The notes under the pieces: model-generated
Seen by the model: the letters and a program-made list of their open reading frames with translations, nothing else
What the model was told of the DNA's origin: nothing
The model's database searches: none
Origin: Anthoceros angustus
Lineage: Eukaryota; Plantae; Anthocerotophyta
Length of the DNA stretch: 64,000 nt
Direction of reading: 5' to 3'
NCBI GenBank assembly: GCA_010909165.1
Contig: MU008189.1
Coordinates: forward strand, 310,001 to 374,000
Made by a program: the position numbers and the translations under genes
Part shown: one piece after another, positions 1-12,760 of the stretch
Layout of the letters: every line of letters begins with the position of its first letter
How positions within the stretch are numbered: the first letter of the stretch is position 1

Positions 1-1485
1 TATTTCCTTCCGTCCGAAGTGTAGTTTTGTCTGAGCGAGTCCCAGCCAAGGTCGCCCCAACATGACCTCGTACCCCAGAGGTCCGGCGGGTCTGATGACG
101 ACGAAATCTAATGTATAGGGGGCTTCCGCTATGGTGGCTTGGACTCCGGACAACTCCCCCGCTGGCGCTCGCCGCGACATGTCCGCCATCCTGAGGGTCT
201 TGGTGGATGGCTCGAAGGTGGTGAACCCCAGCCGTCTCGCGGTGGCCTCGGTGATGAGGTTCACTCCTGACCCCGTGTCCAGGGGTACGTTTTTAATCAC
301 ACACCCCGCAATTTCCACCTGAACCACTGGCGCCCCAGGGTCCGTATGAGATACTACTCTTACCTCCAGCTCCCAATGTTCGTACCTCATCATCTGTAGA
401 CGTCTCACCATTGCTTTGATGTCCTTGTTTTCTTCTACGCCAGGTTGGAGTTCCACGATGAGTTTCTTCTTTAGCTCTCCGTCCTCCAAATTGGATTCCT
501 TCTCAGGACAAGGTACGGTTGTGTACCTCCGTTCTTCTTCTTTCCCCATGTCAGGGCGTGTTGCTCCAGATAACATGCCGTCCACAGGTGTGGAGGGCTG
601 TGTCCCATCCACAGATGGTACGGGTCTGGGCCTCACAGTGTCCGAGGGTGGGAATTGGTGAGCGCCTGGGGGTGCCGATTGCTCCAGCGTCTGGAGCACA
701 CCCTCCAGCTGCCTCTCCAATCGGGCTTGGCCCTCCCCCACCTGGACTTTGATCCGATCGACAGCCCGCTCTACCTTTGCCAACTGTTGGTCTTGTCTTG
801 ACAAAGATGAGCGTAATTCGTCACATGTCTGTTCGACGTTGGCTGTCCTTTCCTCCATTCTTCGCAAGGTGTCTGTCCGATTTGCCTCACCCCCGGCTGG
901 CTCACCAACTATGGTCTGTGCAGGATGGCGGCGATTCCACTGGAGTGCCATGCTTCCTCGGACGCCCACGTCGCCGGATTACCGGCTCTGAGGCGTAGTC
1001 AGCGGTACTCCTGGAGTATCCGGCTCGGGGTCTGACCTCCGTAATCGGATCTCGGCCTCTTCTCGGGCCAGGAGGCGGCGAGTGTGCTCTCGGCTATGGC
1101 GCTCCTGGTCAGCCGACATTTCTGCAAGCTCTTGCCCCGGTGGTGGGATGCGAGGGAGACGGCCTTCTGAGGAATTGTGGAGGTGCTGTTGTGCGCGGTG
1201 GCGCACCCTTTCCCCAATTCCTTCGGATGGCTGGTCTTCTTCCCCGCTTGCGCTGGAGGTTGCCTGTTCCTCTGCTGGAGGCAAGGCGCGATTGCTCATG
1301 CTGGCTTGCCTCGAGAGATCTCCAAGACTCCTCCTTGTTTCTGCGCTTCCTCATGGTTGGTCAATCCTCTGTCGCTGATGATGGTTGCGGCAAATTGCTG
1401 CTACCACCTCTAGGTGCTCCCGAACTTGGCCTCTAGATCCTGGCTGCCGGCCTTGATCCTCGATCCAAGGGTGGCTAGCTCAGTG

Positions 1486-1497
1486 GCTCTGATACCA
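1486..1497 (-). promoter_or_regulatory. Primer-binding site complementary to initiator tRNA-Met
   Basis: The + strand GCTCTGATACCA reads TGGTATCAGAGC on the minus strand, 4 nt from the LTR end. Confidence 0.9.
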
Positions 1498-1501
1498 AAG
1501 A

Positions 1502-1856
1502 TGTTACGGGGCAGCTCCAGTTTCCAGCTTCAGGGAATGGACGTTTTTTCTATGTTCGGAATGGCTACAAATACATGTGTGTGAGCAAGGCCAAGAAGGC
1601 TGTGTCTGCCCGTCTAACTACCCTATTTCTTGGGGTTTTACTGGTACAACGGCTTTTGGTTATCAGACTATCTTATTTACTGCTATTTATCTATTTAGTT
1701 ATTTATCATTTTATATCAGCTGATTATACAAGGGAAAATACGTGTATTTCGTAGGGTTCCCGCTACCTGGTCATGGTAGCATCGGCTCCATGGTTGTGCG
1801 GTGGATGACCTGAGTGGCCTGCTCGTCATCGGTTGTTTCAGATCGACACCATAACA
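1502..1856 (-). repeat. 5' LTR (about 355 bp)
   Basis: Bounded by inverted TGTTA...TAACA termini and adjacent to the PBS. Confidence 0.75.
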
Positions 1857-2253
1857 AACATGGAGTGAACTTTAGTATAAACTTAAAAACAAAACCTATA
1901 CTACCTATATTTCGACATAGACCTACTTTCATAACCAATTCATTATATCTTTAAACTTGTGATAAAGTCGGCTTCACATTATAATTTTAATAATATTTAA
2001 ATTTAACTAACCATTCACTATATCCTGAAAAGCTCATGCTAAATAAAGATTAGGTTCATACTGTATTTATGTATCTCACTACCTCAACATCCAAAAACTA
2101 TTTTAGGGTTGCCATATTGTTAATCCTCTTTCTGGTTGTTATATTATTACATAATGTATTTTTTATCTTTAAAATGTGAAGTTTTTAATACGTAAAGCGA
2201 AGTTCGCAAACACAAAACATCAGAGAGCAATCCAGCCGAGTACTGGTTCAATA

Positions 2254-4685
2254 CTACAGGCCTGGACTATCATGTTCCCAGGGGTAGGGACGCCGGGGCC
2301 GAGGAACAGGTTCTTCTGGTCTCCCGTCTATCATGTTCCAAAGATTTATGAGTGCTCCACCTCCACTCTGCCTCACGGTGAGTTGTGCTATTCCAACGCC
2401 AGCCGCTTTCCAATCCACCGCAGGGCGCTCGAATGTACCCTTCAGTGGAATCTGCCATTGAAAGACCTAAAACATGACGAGAGTCTGCGAAGAGTAACAT
2501 ATAAGCTTATAGATTGCAGTAAAACGCTGCCGTACCTTCCAGTGATAATCATCTGGAAGATCTCGAAGACCTAGAAGCCCCCGCAAAGTGCTGCTTGGTA
2601 TGGCCATGATCATCTGCATTGTCTCCTTTACCCAATTTACGTGGCCCCATACAGCTAGATGTACGTGGTCTGATAACAGATTCATGTGAGGAATGGAGCA
2701 CGCAAACAGTGAGGATCACGCCAAAGACAGAGCCAGGAATTGAAACAGAAACAGAAACAGAAACAGTGGAAAACATGGAACAATCTGGTGCAACTACAAG
2801 AATACATGAAACATTGGCCTCACCAGCAATGAGAACATCCATGCGGGAACACTCGAGGTCTCCTTGCATGTCAAGCTGGGCCTCAATTGTAGAAGTCTGC
2901 ATTGTTAGTTCTCTGTTTGCTGGACCCACCTTGGTCTCCTTAGAAAGCAAGGATAGTACTCCATTTAAAATTGGGCCCCTACCAAGAATCTGCAAAAACC
3001 CAGAATCTTTGTTGACAGAACTGCTCTTAGGACGAATACAATCACAGATATCTTAGGCTTTTCGTAAATAACGCCTACCGCCTTCATGGGCTCTATTTGA
3101 ACCTTGTATTGATCAGCTGGAAGTATCATAGCGGTGGGAGTGATACGAACAGTCAGATCAGGCATGTCCTCATCCCTTACAGCTGGCCCAAGAATGTCAC
3201 CTAACAGGGGATTGACTCGCATAAGATATAGTTGCGCAAGTTCAGGCGTTAAATCTGCCTGCACAGCGAAGTCGATAATCACTTCCACAGCAAGCCAGTG
3301 CTGATACAAGTTTGGACGAAAAAAGGCCAGCAACTATACCTCAACGAGTAGAGGCTTCAGTAGCTCAATCTTGCCTTGCTTGATGTTGAGCAGGCCAATA
3401 GCTTTTGCCTCAACGCATTCTGCCCACATTCCAGCCATTATCGGTATACCAGGCCTTCCAGCACCCAATTTTCTGACATCCTGGTCAGAATCCGAGGCAT
3501 AGTGCCCGGCTGAAACGTCCACATACACCCGCTTGCCCAAAACAGCTGCCAAATCTGCCGGCAACACAAGCCTTCCATCGACAAGCTCGAGACCGCCTCC
3601 TGGAGCAGCGATTTTAGACTCCAAGTCCACAACCACTGCACGTTCCTTGACTGGTGGCTTCTTTTTGGCTTTTTGATGTGGAGGAAGAAGCTTCTCCTCA
3701 GGTGCCAGAGCCAAAGCTAGCCGAAGTAGACCGCTTCTCTCATCTTGCTGCAGGTCAATCACAGGTGAAATGATTGTACATTCCCCTGTATCAGGCCAGA
3801 TCACTCTTCTGTTCGTGACCCATTTGATTCACCCACCTCTCATCACACACAACATCAGCAAATCATGACATAAGGAATTGCTGCAAAGCAACGCTCCATC
3901 GCACCTAGACCAGCCCTCCCAGTGGCAATTGCCCAAAGAGGAGCCTCTGTTTCCAGTCTGGGCACTTCTAGGACGTCCTTCTCGTCCACACCCTTCAAGT
4001 TGATGCCGTCCACACGCACTGGCTTCGTCCACCCGATCGAGGCGGATTTTATGGTGAGAGTTCCTGCCATGAAACTTAAGACCTTCACACCATAAACCGG
4101 CAGAATTCCTAGGCGTAAAATAACTTCAAACCACGCCCAGTTATACCTGGAATGAAATTGTTTACAACAGAGACAGCACTGCGTAAACCTACTGGCCATG
4201 ACAAGAATGCTGGTGTGCCTGCTACAACGAGCCCAATGGCAAGTAGAGCAACGCCAACCACCTTCAGCACACGACGCGACCAGCCACGCAACCGATCAAC
4301 CAATCCACCCAAGCTTTCCGTTTGCTGCCTCGCTCCGCCATCATGGAAAGCACGAGGAGATACTCGAATCCTTCTGAATTTGTCTTTCCTCCAGATCGCA
4401 GCCTGGTCTGAGGCAGTTCGCCTAAACCTGCCGATCTGTCCATATTCCCATCCACGATAAGAATCTCTTTGAACGCAAGTCGCGTGGAGGTAAGCATAAG
4501 TAGCACTAGATACCTCACCTGCGTGTAAGTATGCACAGGGACCAGCTTAGCGTGCTTCCAAACATCGAGCCTCGGGATTGTAAGGAATCTGCACCAATGC
4601 GCACATTTAGCTGCAGCTTTGCATCACAGCAGCTCCACAAATTGATAAGTATGCTCACTTTGGAGCAGGCGTTCTGCGAAACCAT
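2254..4685 (-). CDS. Multi-exon, probably plastid-targeted protein of unknown function with AsmA-like features
   Basis: Consecutive minus-strand exons with GT-AG boundaries. An R/S-rich transit-like N-terminus is followed by a TM helix (VLKVVGVALLAIGLVVAGTP), beta-rich segments, HLAVWGHVNWVKETMQMIMAIPSSTLRGLLGLRDLPDDYHW and a C-terminal IPLKGTFERPAVDWKAAG...PRPRRPYPWE; stop at 2254-2256. The start codon and the family call are tentative. Confidence 0.65.
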
Positions 4686-5193
4686 GGCTGCGGCTGCAGC
4701 AGCAGCAACAACCGGTACTGCCGCCCAGCCATGGCCATCGTCATTCAGAGAAGATCCACAAGTCTCGATGGTGATGAGAACCCTAGATTTCAGCCAGTTG
4801 GCATTCTCAGCTTACGCCAAATGTTGCTGTGCGCGCTGGAACTCAACGAACAACAAAGTCATATATACAGGATGTAATGAAGGGTCTTGGCACAACAATC
4901 ACCGAGCATAAGGAGGGAGAAAACTTTTCGAGACATGATTAAGAAGAAAGTCTGGGCCAAGGTAGACTTCGGAAAATCGAGGTCAAGCCGCATGACGGCG
5001 TGAAGTATATGCATGGACTGTGCAGTGATGAGCACATAGCCCATTTCCAAGAGCAGGGGAACAGCCTCAGCTTCAGCATACGTTGGTGGCAACTATTCCC
5101 CCGCTGTACCATTTCGCGTTGCTTACTTCACTAGGCCTCGCTGGTACAAGGTGCATCTTACAGCATTCGGTGATCTCTTGAGAACCAAGATGG

Positions 5194-6832
5194 TTAGACA
5201 AACATGCTCGCACTTGTACTATCAGGGCCGTGAATTCTGTGGCTTGGGCTTGTAGGCCCAGAGACATCTTTGTGCTTTTTAGCCCACTTCCCCACGCTGT
5301 TCCAGGTATTGCGTCGAAACAACTTTGTTGCCACAGAGCTGATGAAATTGCTCACCAGCGCCCCGAGAGCTGCCAGGAAATCGCTGTTGAAGGGGACAGT
5401 CAAGGACACAGACTAAGTAAGGGCAGATAGCGTGAAAAACAGCAAAACAACAGAACTAGCAGCAACATCGCTAGGCAACACTGCGCCAAGGACATAAAAC
5501 AGGGTGCAGCTGGTTTGGAAAATCTCGACCAGTACAACAACAAATGACTGAATAAGACCGAGCATCAACATTCACACACAGAGAAGGATAGGCTGCGAAC
5601 ACAGAACCTTGCTTCAGAATCGGATACAACAGCTATTCTAACACAAGAGCTAAAGTGTTGGAAGCAAATATCAACAGAGAAACTGATGCCATGATGGATA
5701 CATTGCTGTGCACGGAGAACGCCCGCCATTGACGTAAAAGACATACACATAAGCATCGTAGTACTGCCCGTTGATGTAATAGAAGTTGTGGAGCTTCCGC
5801 AAGCATTGAAACGAGTTCTTTTCGTAGAACAGAATGGCTGTCTTGTTATATGAGATTACGTGCAGGTACACTGCCCTGCACGATGAGATGCTCGAAGCAT
5901 ACTCTATAACCTCCCCGATCAAGGCAGAAGCTGTAGAAAAACATAAAAGTCAAGTCTTAGCATTGAACTTGGAATGAAAAACCAAAGCAACCTTCGAATG
6001 ACCCGCTTTTGAGTTGAAAACAGAAATACTGGTCCAAAAAACAGTGAACAAACTGCCCTTACATACCAATTCCACAATTACGGTACGGTCTAATGACACC
6101 CAACGTCAATATATAGATAAGAGTACGTCCTGTGTGACCATACTCATATCCCAGCATCTCAGCCTCCTGCAACAAATCCAGTGGCATGACAATCTGAAAG
6201 GATAATGTTGCAAGAAAACGTAGTCACTCTGAACAGAAAATCACATCATACTCCAGCTTCAGTTGCAGTCACCACACGGGATGTCACAAAACCAATCAGT
6301 TCGTCACGATTGACATCCGATCTGTTGGCGTCTACTGCGGCCCACGAAATGATCCCTAGTCCATGTACCACATTTGTAAAAAACTCAGGCTCGTACCTGC
6401 CGACCACATGCACGTCAAACCATGTCTGGGTCATACAGCTTCCAGCTAGAACGTGCCAACGAGAGCCACCTGCAAATACTAAAATTCTAACACGAAAGAA
6501 AAAAAAAAACCGACGAGAACGCTTCAAAGAACCACTGACTTGATAGGAAATAATGCCTCGTGAACGTCCTTTAATACTTCCAGATCAGAGGGGAGAATAG
6601 GCCTGTAGGCGATTGCCGGTGGAACAGATATGTTCAAAACCCTTGATGCAGAGTTCGGTGGCAAATAGCCGGGATCGTCAGGACCATCTGCGTAGCTGGA
6701 CGACGAGCCTGGGACAGATCCAGCATTTCCAGGATACCCATCAACCGCACCCCTTTGCTGCTGTGACTGTTGCTGTATGTGATACAGCTGGTTCTGCATA
6801 AGCTGCATAAGCTCAACATCCCGAAGCAGCAT
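5194..6832 (-). CDS. NAA60: N-alpha-acetyltransferase 60 / histone acetyltransferase MCC1 (GNAT), 5 exons
   Basis: Exons read IAYRPILPSDLEVLKDVHEALFPIK / YEPEFFTNVV..ELIGFVTSR / LIYILTLGVIRPYRNCGI / AVYLHVISYNKTAILFYEKNSFQCLRKLHNFYYING..GGRSPC, with GT-AG introns. Confidence 0.92.
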
Positions 6833-7337
6833 AAGAACGAATCAGGCTCGACCCCCCTTCGTCCCCTGCGCATACAACAGCAGATGAAGCACGAAAACGA
6901 TATGCCACGAGTTGCATCTCACCAACTTATTTAGTTTTCCTTCCACAACTGGAGGAGCCGCCTGCAGTGTGGCAACATCGGCGACGAGGAATTGCACCAC
7001 AACCAAAACCGTCAGCCACAGCTCAGCCCTTGATCTGCAGCAGATTGCAGTGCGCAAGTTCGCATCTCCACCTTCCAGCTCCTAAAACCTCCATCCGATG
7101 TGAGAAAGGATCAGGCATCTGCAGCAACCGTAGCCCGACCCGATCGGGTCCGTAGGGTTTTCCACTCTTCCGTGCGGGATTACATTCCCGGGTTTTTGGC
7201 CCTGATGAAGCTCTGGGACAACGTGTCATGACTTGGCATTATATTACAGTATTTAATTAAATTAGGATTCAATCCGAGCAATTCCACGCGTTCCTCTCCA
7301 TATTACATACCTAATGTACCTACCTACGACGTTCTTA

Positions 7338-7600
7338 CACATTAATAAGAACGTCGCTGTTAAGCATCGAGCGCTTAGACGGGTGCTCAGATGGGGTGTC
7401 TACAGGAGTGGATGCCCTTCGGGCCAGTAGCTTAGGCATACCATGATACAAGTTGTTAAATAGGCCAAATGGAATACACTTATAAGAACGTGTCTATTCA
7501 ACATCCTACACCTAGATCGGTACTTAAATGGGGTGCCTAAAGGGAGTGGATGCCTTTGGTGCAAGTAGCTTAGGCACACCATGGTATAAGTTGTTAAGTA
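7338..7600. repeat. Two diverged direct copies of a ~140-bp unit
   Basis: Both copies share ..TAAGAACGT....ATGGGGTG....GGAGTGGATGCC....AGTAGCTTAGGCA.ACCATG.TA.AAGTTGTTAA. Confidence 0.7.
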
Positions 7601-8226
7601 CCAAGTCCCATGACGGAAATTCGTCCTTAGTGGACTTAAATAAAATTCTTCTTCTTCTACTATTTGAGCGACTCTTAGATGGGATACTTAGTTGTTAGTT
7701 CTCTATGGGTTATCCAGATTAAAATCTTAGTGTGGGACTTCGATGTATATTTTGAAATATTTATAAAGTCTCAAAATTTATTTTAAAATAAAATCTAAGC
7801 CCCCTTTTGTATTTTTCAAGTGGATTGTATGTATTTGGTAGTTCTCATACTTTCTAGCAACTACTAGGTTATTTGCCTCTAAGGGTTCTCTCTTGAAGGA
7901 GTGATATTCACACATGAGTTCATTGGAACTTGTGGTCTAGACTAGGGTGTCATCCATTTCCTGTTGCATGGCCCTATGAGGCTGCCTATTGCAAGGAGGC
8001 CATGGGTGAAATGCACGATACAAATTTACTATTAAAAAAATTCTGACTCTAAAGAATTTTGGACATATAAGAACTCGGATGGGGTATTACCCATGATCCC
8101 TTGTTTCATGGCCCTACGGGGTTGCCTATTGTAAAACTCCCTGTTGGGCCACCAATTGTTAGAAACGGAGCTTGGGCGTTAGGAGAGGGGCAAATGAGAG
8201 GGGGGACCAAGTGAGACAAATGTATC

Positions 8227-10470
8227 TTAATTTAAGGTCCTACCGGATGAGGTGGTTGGGAGGGAGATGGAAAAGGGGGAGGGGGGAATGGGGAGTAGGC
8301 CAATTCGGGAGTCTAAGAGGTTCAAATTCAAGCCGTTGAAGCCAATCAAAGGCCTAAGAGAGCCAACAAAAAGAAGTTTGGGAATCAGTATTGAGCCAAA
8401 GGGAGCGAGAAGACCTATATACAAGGAGATGGTAGGGGGGAGGGCTGGGGTTAACAATGTCAAGGAGGAGGAGGCGTCAAAGGAGACAGGCTAGGATAGG
8501 CGAAAGAGGCCATCGACCTCAAGAGGGAAAGCAGCAAACTCAGAAAGGAGGATAGGTAAGGGAGTCGAAAGTTTACAAGCAATGTGAGGCTTTTACCCTT
8601 TCCACCTTAGCCCAGGAGGAAGAGGGAAGACCCGGGCCCCAAACTTCAGTGTCTTATAGAGCGGAGGGGATGACCAGTGTGTTGAAAAGCTGCTTATGGA
8701 GGTTGATATCCTGAATATTCATCCTGTATAAAGCCCGACGCAGAGCACCAGCAGAATCCATCCCCTTGGCGGCGCGGAAAGAGGCTAAAAAAGTCTAGTT
8801 GAACTTGGGACCAAAAATCGTAACGAGGAAGGTGTCAATTCGGGAGATGAGTGAAAAGGTTTATGAAGTGGAGGCAATCAGCGTTGGACATCGGTAGACA
8901 AGGGGGTTTATAGTCTAAGGATTATAAGGCTGATTGCAAATTCTATTATGATGGTCAAGAGGTGGAGATGGTTCGCTTCTATACGTACCTGAGTGCTTGC
9001 GCAGATTGACAGTGAGACCCTTGGCTTTGCAAAAATTAGAAAGCACGTCGAGTTGTTGCTGCAAGCCCCCCAGGGAATGCGAAAAAAGCACAATATCATC
9101 TGCATATAAAAGGATAGAAATATTCTCGAGGAACAGGCGAGCGCTAGGATCACCAGATGACAGAAGCCATGCCTCAAGCTCGTCAATGTACAACCCAAAA
9201 AGATTTGGGGACAAAGGATCACCCTCACGAACGCCAAGCTGGGTGGGAATTTGGTTAGTAGATAAACCAGGGGGAGTTTGGATGCGAGCATAAACCCAGC
9301 TGTAGAGGAGAGTAGATGCATGCCATAGATGGGAGAGCATCTCTAGAGATTTCAGCCTGTTAAATAGCTTGTCCCAAGGCACAGAGTTGAAAGCCCACTT
9401 AAAGTCCACAAAGCCGCAATACACATACTTCTTCCCGCAACGAGCCTCATCAATAATAGCCCAAAGGGTAAAAATATTGTCCAAAGTATTCCGGCCAGGG
9501 CGAAAACCAGTTTGACCACGGGCACGTACCTTAGGCACCTCAACCCAAGAGGTAGTGAGAATCTCCAAACAAGAGCTGAGAATCTCTTAGCATAGATAGA
9601 CTCCACTGTGATAAATCTGTAGTTAGAAGGGAGGTGAGGGTCGCCGACTTTAAAAATGGAGTGAATATCATTCTCATACCAGGGAGCGGGGAAACGATGA
9701 GACAGGGCGTAGTTAAATAGATTGGCAAGGTGAGAAGAAAGGGAGACAGGATCAGCAAAACAGAATAAATCCTCGGGAATACCCGCAGGGTCTGTCTGAT
9801 GCGGCACCACTTCTCAATTTCCGGATGGCACGAGCCACGAGATTGGCGCTCAAAAACCTGAGGCCGGGATTAGAGGAAAGAGGGGCAAAGAGGGCAGAGA
9901 GGATGTCTATCAATGTAGGAGAGCAGCTTATAATTAGGGCTATCAATGTAGGAGAGCAGCTTATAATTAGGGCCAGCTTTGAGTAGGATGGGAGAGCGAG
10001 TATGGAATTTCTTCCAAAAGGCAAAGCCACTAAGAGACGTCCGGAAGAGGGAGGTAAGACGAATGTGTTCCAATTGGAGGAATTGAGACTTTTCATGGAA
10101 AGGAAAGTTTTATAAGGTTTGCCAATGGCTTTGTAGAGGGAAGAATGATGAGACCCAGGAGAGAGGTGAAGCTGGCGCAAGGTAAGATGTAATTGAGAGC
10201 GCATGCGCTTATAGTCGACATCAAACCAAGGATGGCGAGGGGCCTGATTTTTGCGGGGAGGTTGGTAGAATTTGAAAGGAAAAGTAGAACAAGCAGAGAA
10301 GAGAGCAGTAGAGGAAAGAACAGCAGAGGAGGAAGGAGCGGCCCGAGAAAGAAAGGGGAAGGGGAGGTCGGGGGGATGGAAGCTAAGGAGGAACGAAGTA
10401 TGTGGGAGAATCGGGGAGCAAGTTCAAGGGAGAATGTAAATCTGGTTGAGAGACCATGTGTGGAATGAAG
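8227..10470 (-). mobile_element. Degenerate LINE ORF2 (endonuclease-linker-RT remnant)
   Basis: ORF 8915-9568 carries GQTGFRPGRNTLDNIF, FVDFKWAFNSV, GVREGDPLSPNLFGLYID, LLYADDIVL and GLTVN. Upstream are RFPAPW..IHSIFKVGDP..NYRFIT; there are frameshifts. Confidence 0.9.
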
Positions 10471-12229
10471 GGGAGGAGGAGGGGCGGTAAAGGTACGGAG
10501 ATCAATATAGTCAGCAGCATGATCAGACTCTTCGTACCCTTCGTAACGTCAGCAACTATAATTGGTTTTAGTACTCAAAGCCAGACTACGAAGGCTCAAG
10601 ACATCGTAAAAGGCACTTTCTAATAATATATTTTATCTCCTGGGTGACTCTTCTTGGCTCCAGGCAATTATTGCGGCACACCATCTTGGGTCCATTGCTT
10701 CTTCCCACTATCGGTACCAAGGAAAAAAGTTTAAAGCCTCAGTTCGTTTCTCATTGTGTGGCACAAACCCCAATGGACAATTACATGATCAACTTGGATA
10801 ACTTTTCAATGCTGATTATATATAAAAATAAATACATAAAAGGAAGGAAACCCTATCTTTGAAAACCCGAATCATAGGGTGGTGACTCTTACTAAAGGAG
10901 GGATTCTAAAGAACTTATGAACTTAGTGTTGTGTTCTTCAGAGTCCACCTGAGTATGGATGAGCTGACGAAGGGTAACCGAGATTCTACGGAGAGGCCTA
11001 ACAATCACGTGAGAGTCAACCATCCGTTGAATGTGATTGAAGGTGTGCCATCGAAATGCAGAACCTCTACTTATCTAGGCTCGCGTGCATCACCTAAAAC
11101 CACTAGCTGGACAGGATTACGGGGGATGATGCCATGTCTGAAGAAATGCTGCATCATTTGTGCAACAAAAAGAAGAACTCTAACATCGGCCATGACCATG
11201 CTGAATGTTGGAGTATACCACTGCAGAAGCCGGACCTCCTGAATGAACTTAGCCGGGTTTCAGCGTAGGTCGCAAACAACTGCCAAGTCCCAATTCCAGT
11301 CGAACGATTGAGAGATGGCGAAGGAAGTAACAGACCTGAATCTTTGAGGAACGAGTGACCGGAGTTGGAGAACATGGTCACGTCAGGACAAGATTGGTTA
11401 TCAACCAATCTGTCCAATTCTTGAAGAAGGTGAGATAAGGCAATCAAAGGGTCACAAATGGCGATGTACACCTGCCTTGTATGCAAAACACTATCCTAAG
11501 AGGGAGTGGGGAGGGGAGCAAGGTGATGAAGCAAGACATGTGGCAACGGGAGGTCGATCCTCCCAGGCGCATCAACTAGAGGGGGGATGGGTCAGGAGTT
11601 GTAGAACTCAAACTCATCTGTAGATAGCATAACCTTCTCTTTGTTGATTACATCAAGACATTTGTTTCTAAGAAGGTTCTAACCTCTTGGAATCTTCTTT
11701 TTCCCAATTCCGACATGTCATGTTGGCTCAAGGTCATTAAAAACACCCTTCTAAGAATTACCATCTTACCTCTCTACAAGTGCTACATTCTTCTATTTTC
11801 GTATTGTTATTACCAAATATTTTGAAAGATATATAAAAGTAACTTCTCATCATCTATTTTAAACTTCCAAGTGACCAACGAGGGGTTAGATCCATATTTC
11901 AAGATCTTATAGTTAAAATTACATATCACTATACACAGACTAAGTGTTTCAAGGTTAACTGGTTAGTTATATATCATTGGAGGCTCAAGTAGGTTGTGAC
12001 AACTATCTAAATTATTTCAAGTTGAAATAGGTTAGATAGTTCTTCATCTGAAGTTGCATATCGCAAATAATAATCTTCTAAAGGAATTGATGCCTTCCTA
12101 GGAAATCTTGAACACTTGAGAGGGCTCCGCATAATTATGCAAACCTTGCTATATTAACATGCTTCCATTTAGGGAGCGCCCTTACACCCTGCTCAACAGG
12201 GTTTCGCTTAGGGCAGATCTATTTTTGAC

Positions 12230-12760
12230 CCCAGGGGATCAAGTTTCGGTTGCTGATGTGGTAGTAACCGATCCTATCCAGGATAGTGTCTGCGAACATG
12301 TTATTCTTAACCCTCCAGGTTGGGCGGCAGAGGGATGCGCGACGGCTAAGGTCCACAAGTACTCTTCTATGTAGAACGGCCATGCCTTCGTCCCCCTTGC
12401 CATTGAGACTCACAGAGCCATGGGCAAGTATTTCTCTAGGTTTATCAAGACCTGCGCCAAGGCTTATCATAACCACAAGAATGGGGTTGGCCTCCCCCTT
12501 TCTTGTATTGTTGCTTCTTCCCAAAGGGTTTTCATTCGCTCTGGGCGTTAACAGCAGGTAAAAAGCGTAGAGCGCGGGGATGCAGCTTCTTCGACACCGG
12601 TGGTAAGTAGGCCTTTTCACATCCCTGACCACGAAGTTCTTTGTGCGGTTGGTAGTTTAGAAATGCGTGATCGTGGGGGCTAGTCCCCCTGGCATGTTGC
12701 CCTTTGTTGGGTTTTTCCCCCTTTGTTTTTTGGGGTGGATGGGTTTTTCCCATCTCTTTT
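12230..12760 (+). mobile_element. 3' end of a CRE-like non-LTR retrotransposon (restriction-like endonuclease domain plus 3' UTR)
   Basis: + frame reads VADVVVTDP..PGWAAEGCATAKVHKY(stop)GHAFVPLAIETHRAMG..QRVFI, matching the D-V-x-V / K-x-x-K-Y / F-x-P-L-A-x-E-T RLE signature. Confidence 0.7.

Larger units (their letters stand above)
1..1856 (-). mobile_element. 5' part of a Ty3/Gypsy LTR retrotransposon (LTR, PBS, gag-like coiled-coil region, aspartic protease); runs off the window start
   Basis: Minus-strand reading gives a coiled-coil gag-like region and then VPLDTGSGVNLITEATARRLG (retroviral D-T-G protease motif, about 250-290). There is an in-frame stop at about 979. A PBS and an LTR lie upstream. 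Confidence 0.85.

Noticed and set aside
2619-3056. + strand 145-aa ORF with an ETETETET tract
   Set aside because: Antisense to exons and an intron of the minus-strand gene; the tract is a GAAACA microsatellite.
4859-5092. 77-aa ORF between NAA60 and the AsmA-like gene
   Set aside because: It falls in the probable UTR or intergenic region and has no recognisable motif.
9908-9975. ~33-bp tandem duplication within the LINE
   Set aside because: A common local slippage in a dead element, with no further significance evident.
10930-11500. ORFs as an RNase H or DIRS remnant
   Set aside because: Only a weak LHFDG similarity; not enough to assign.
12219-12632. Minus-strand 137-aa ORF as a HUH/replitron Rep
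   Set aside because: No HUH or YxxK motifs; the opposite strand carries a clear RLE signature.
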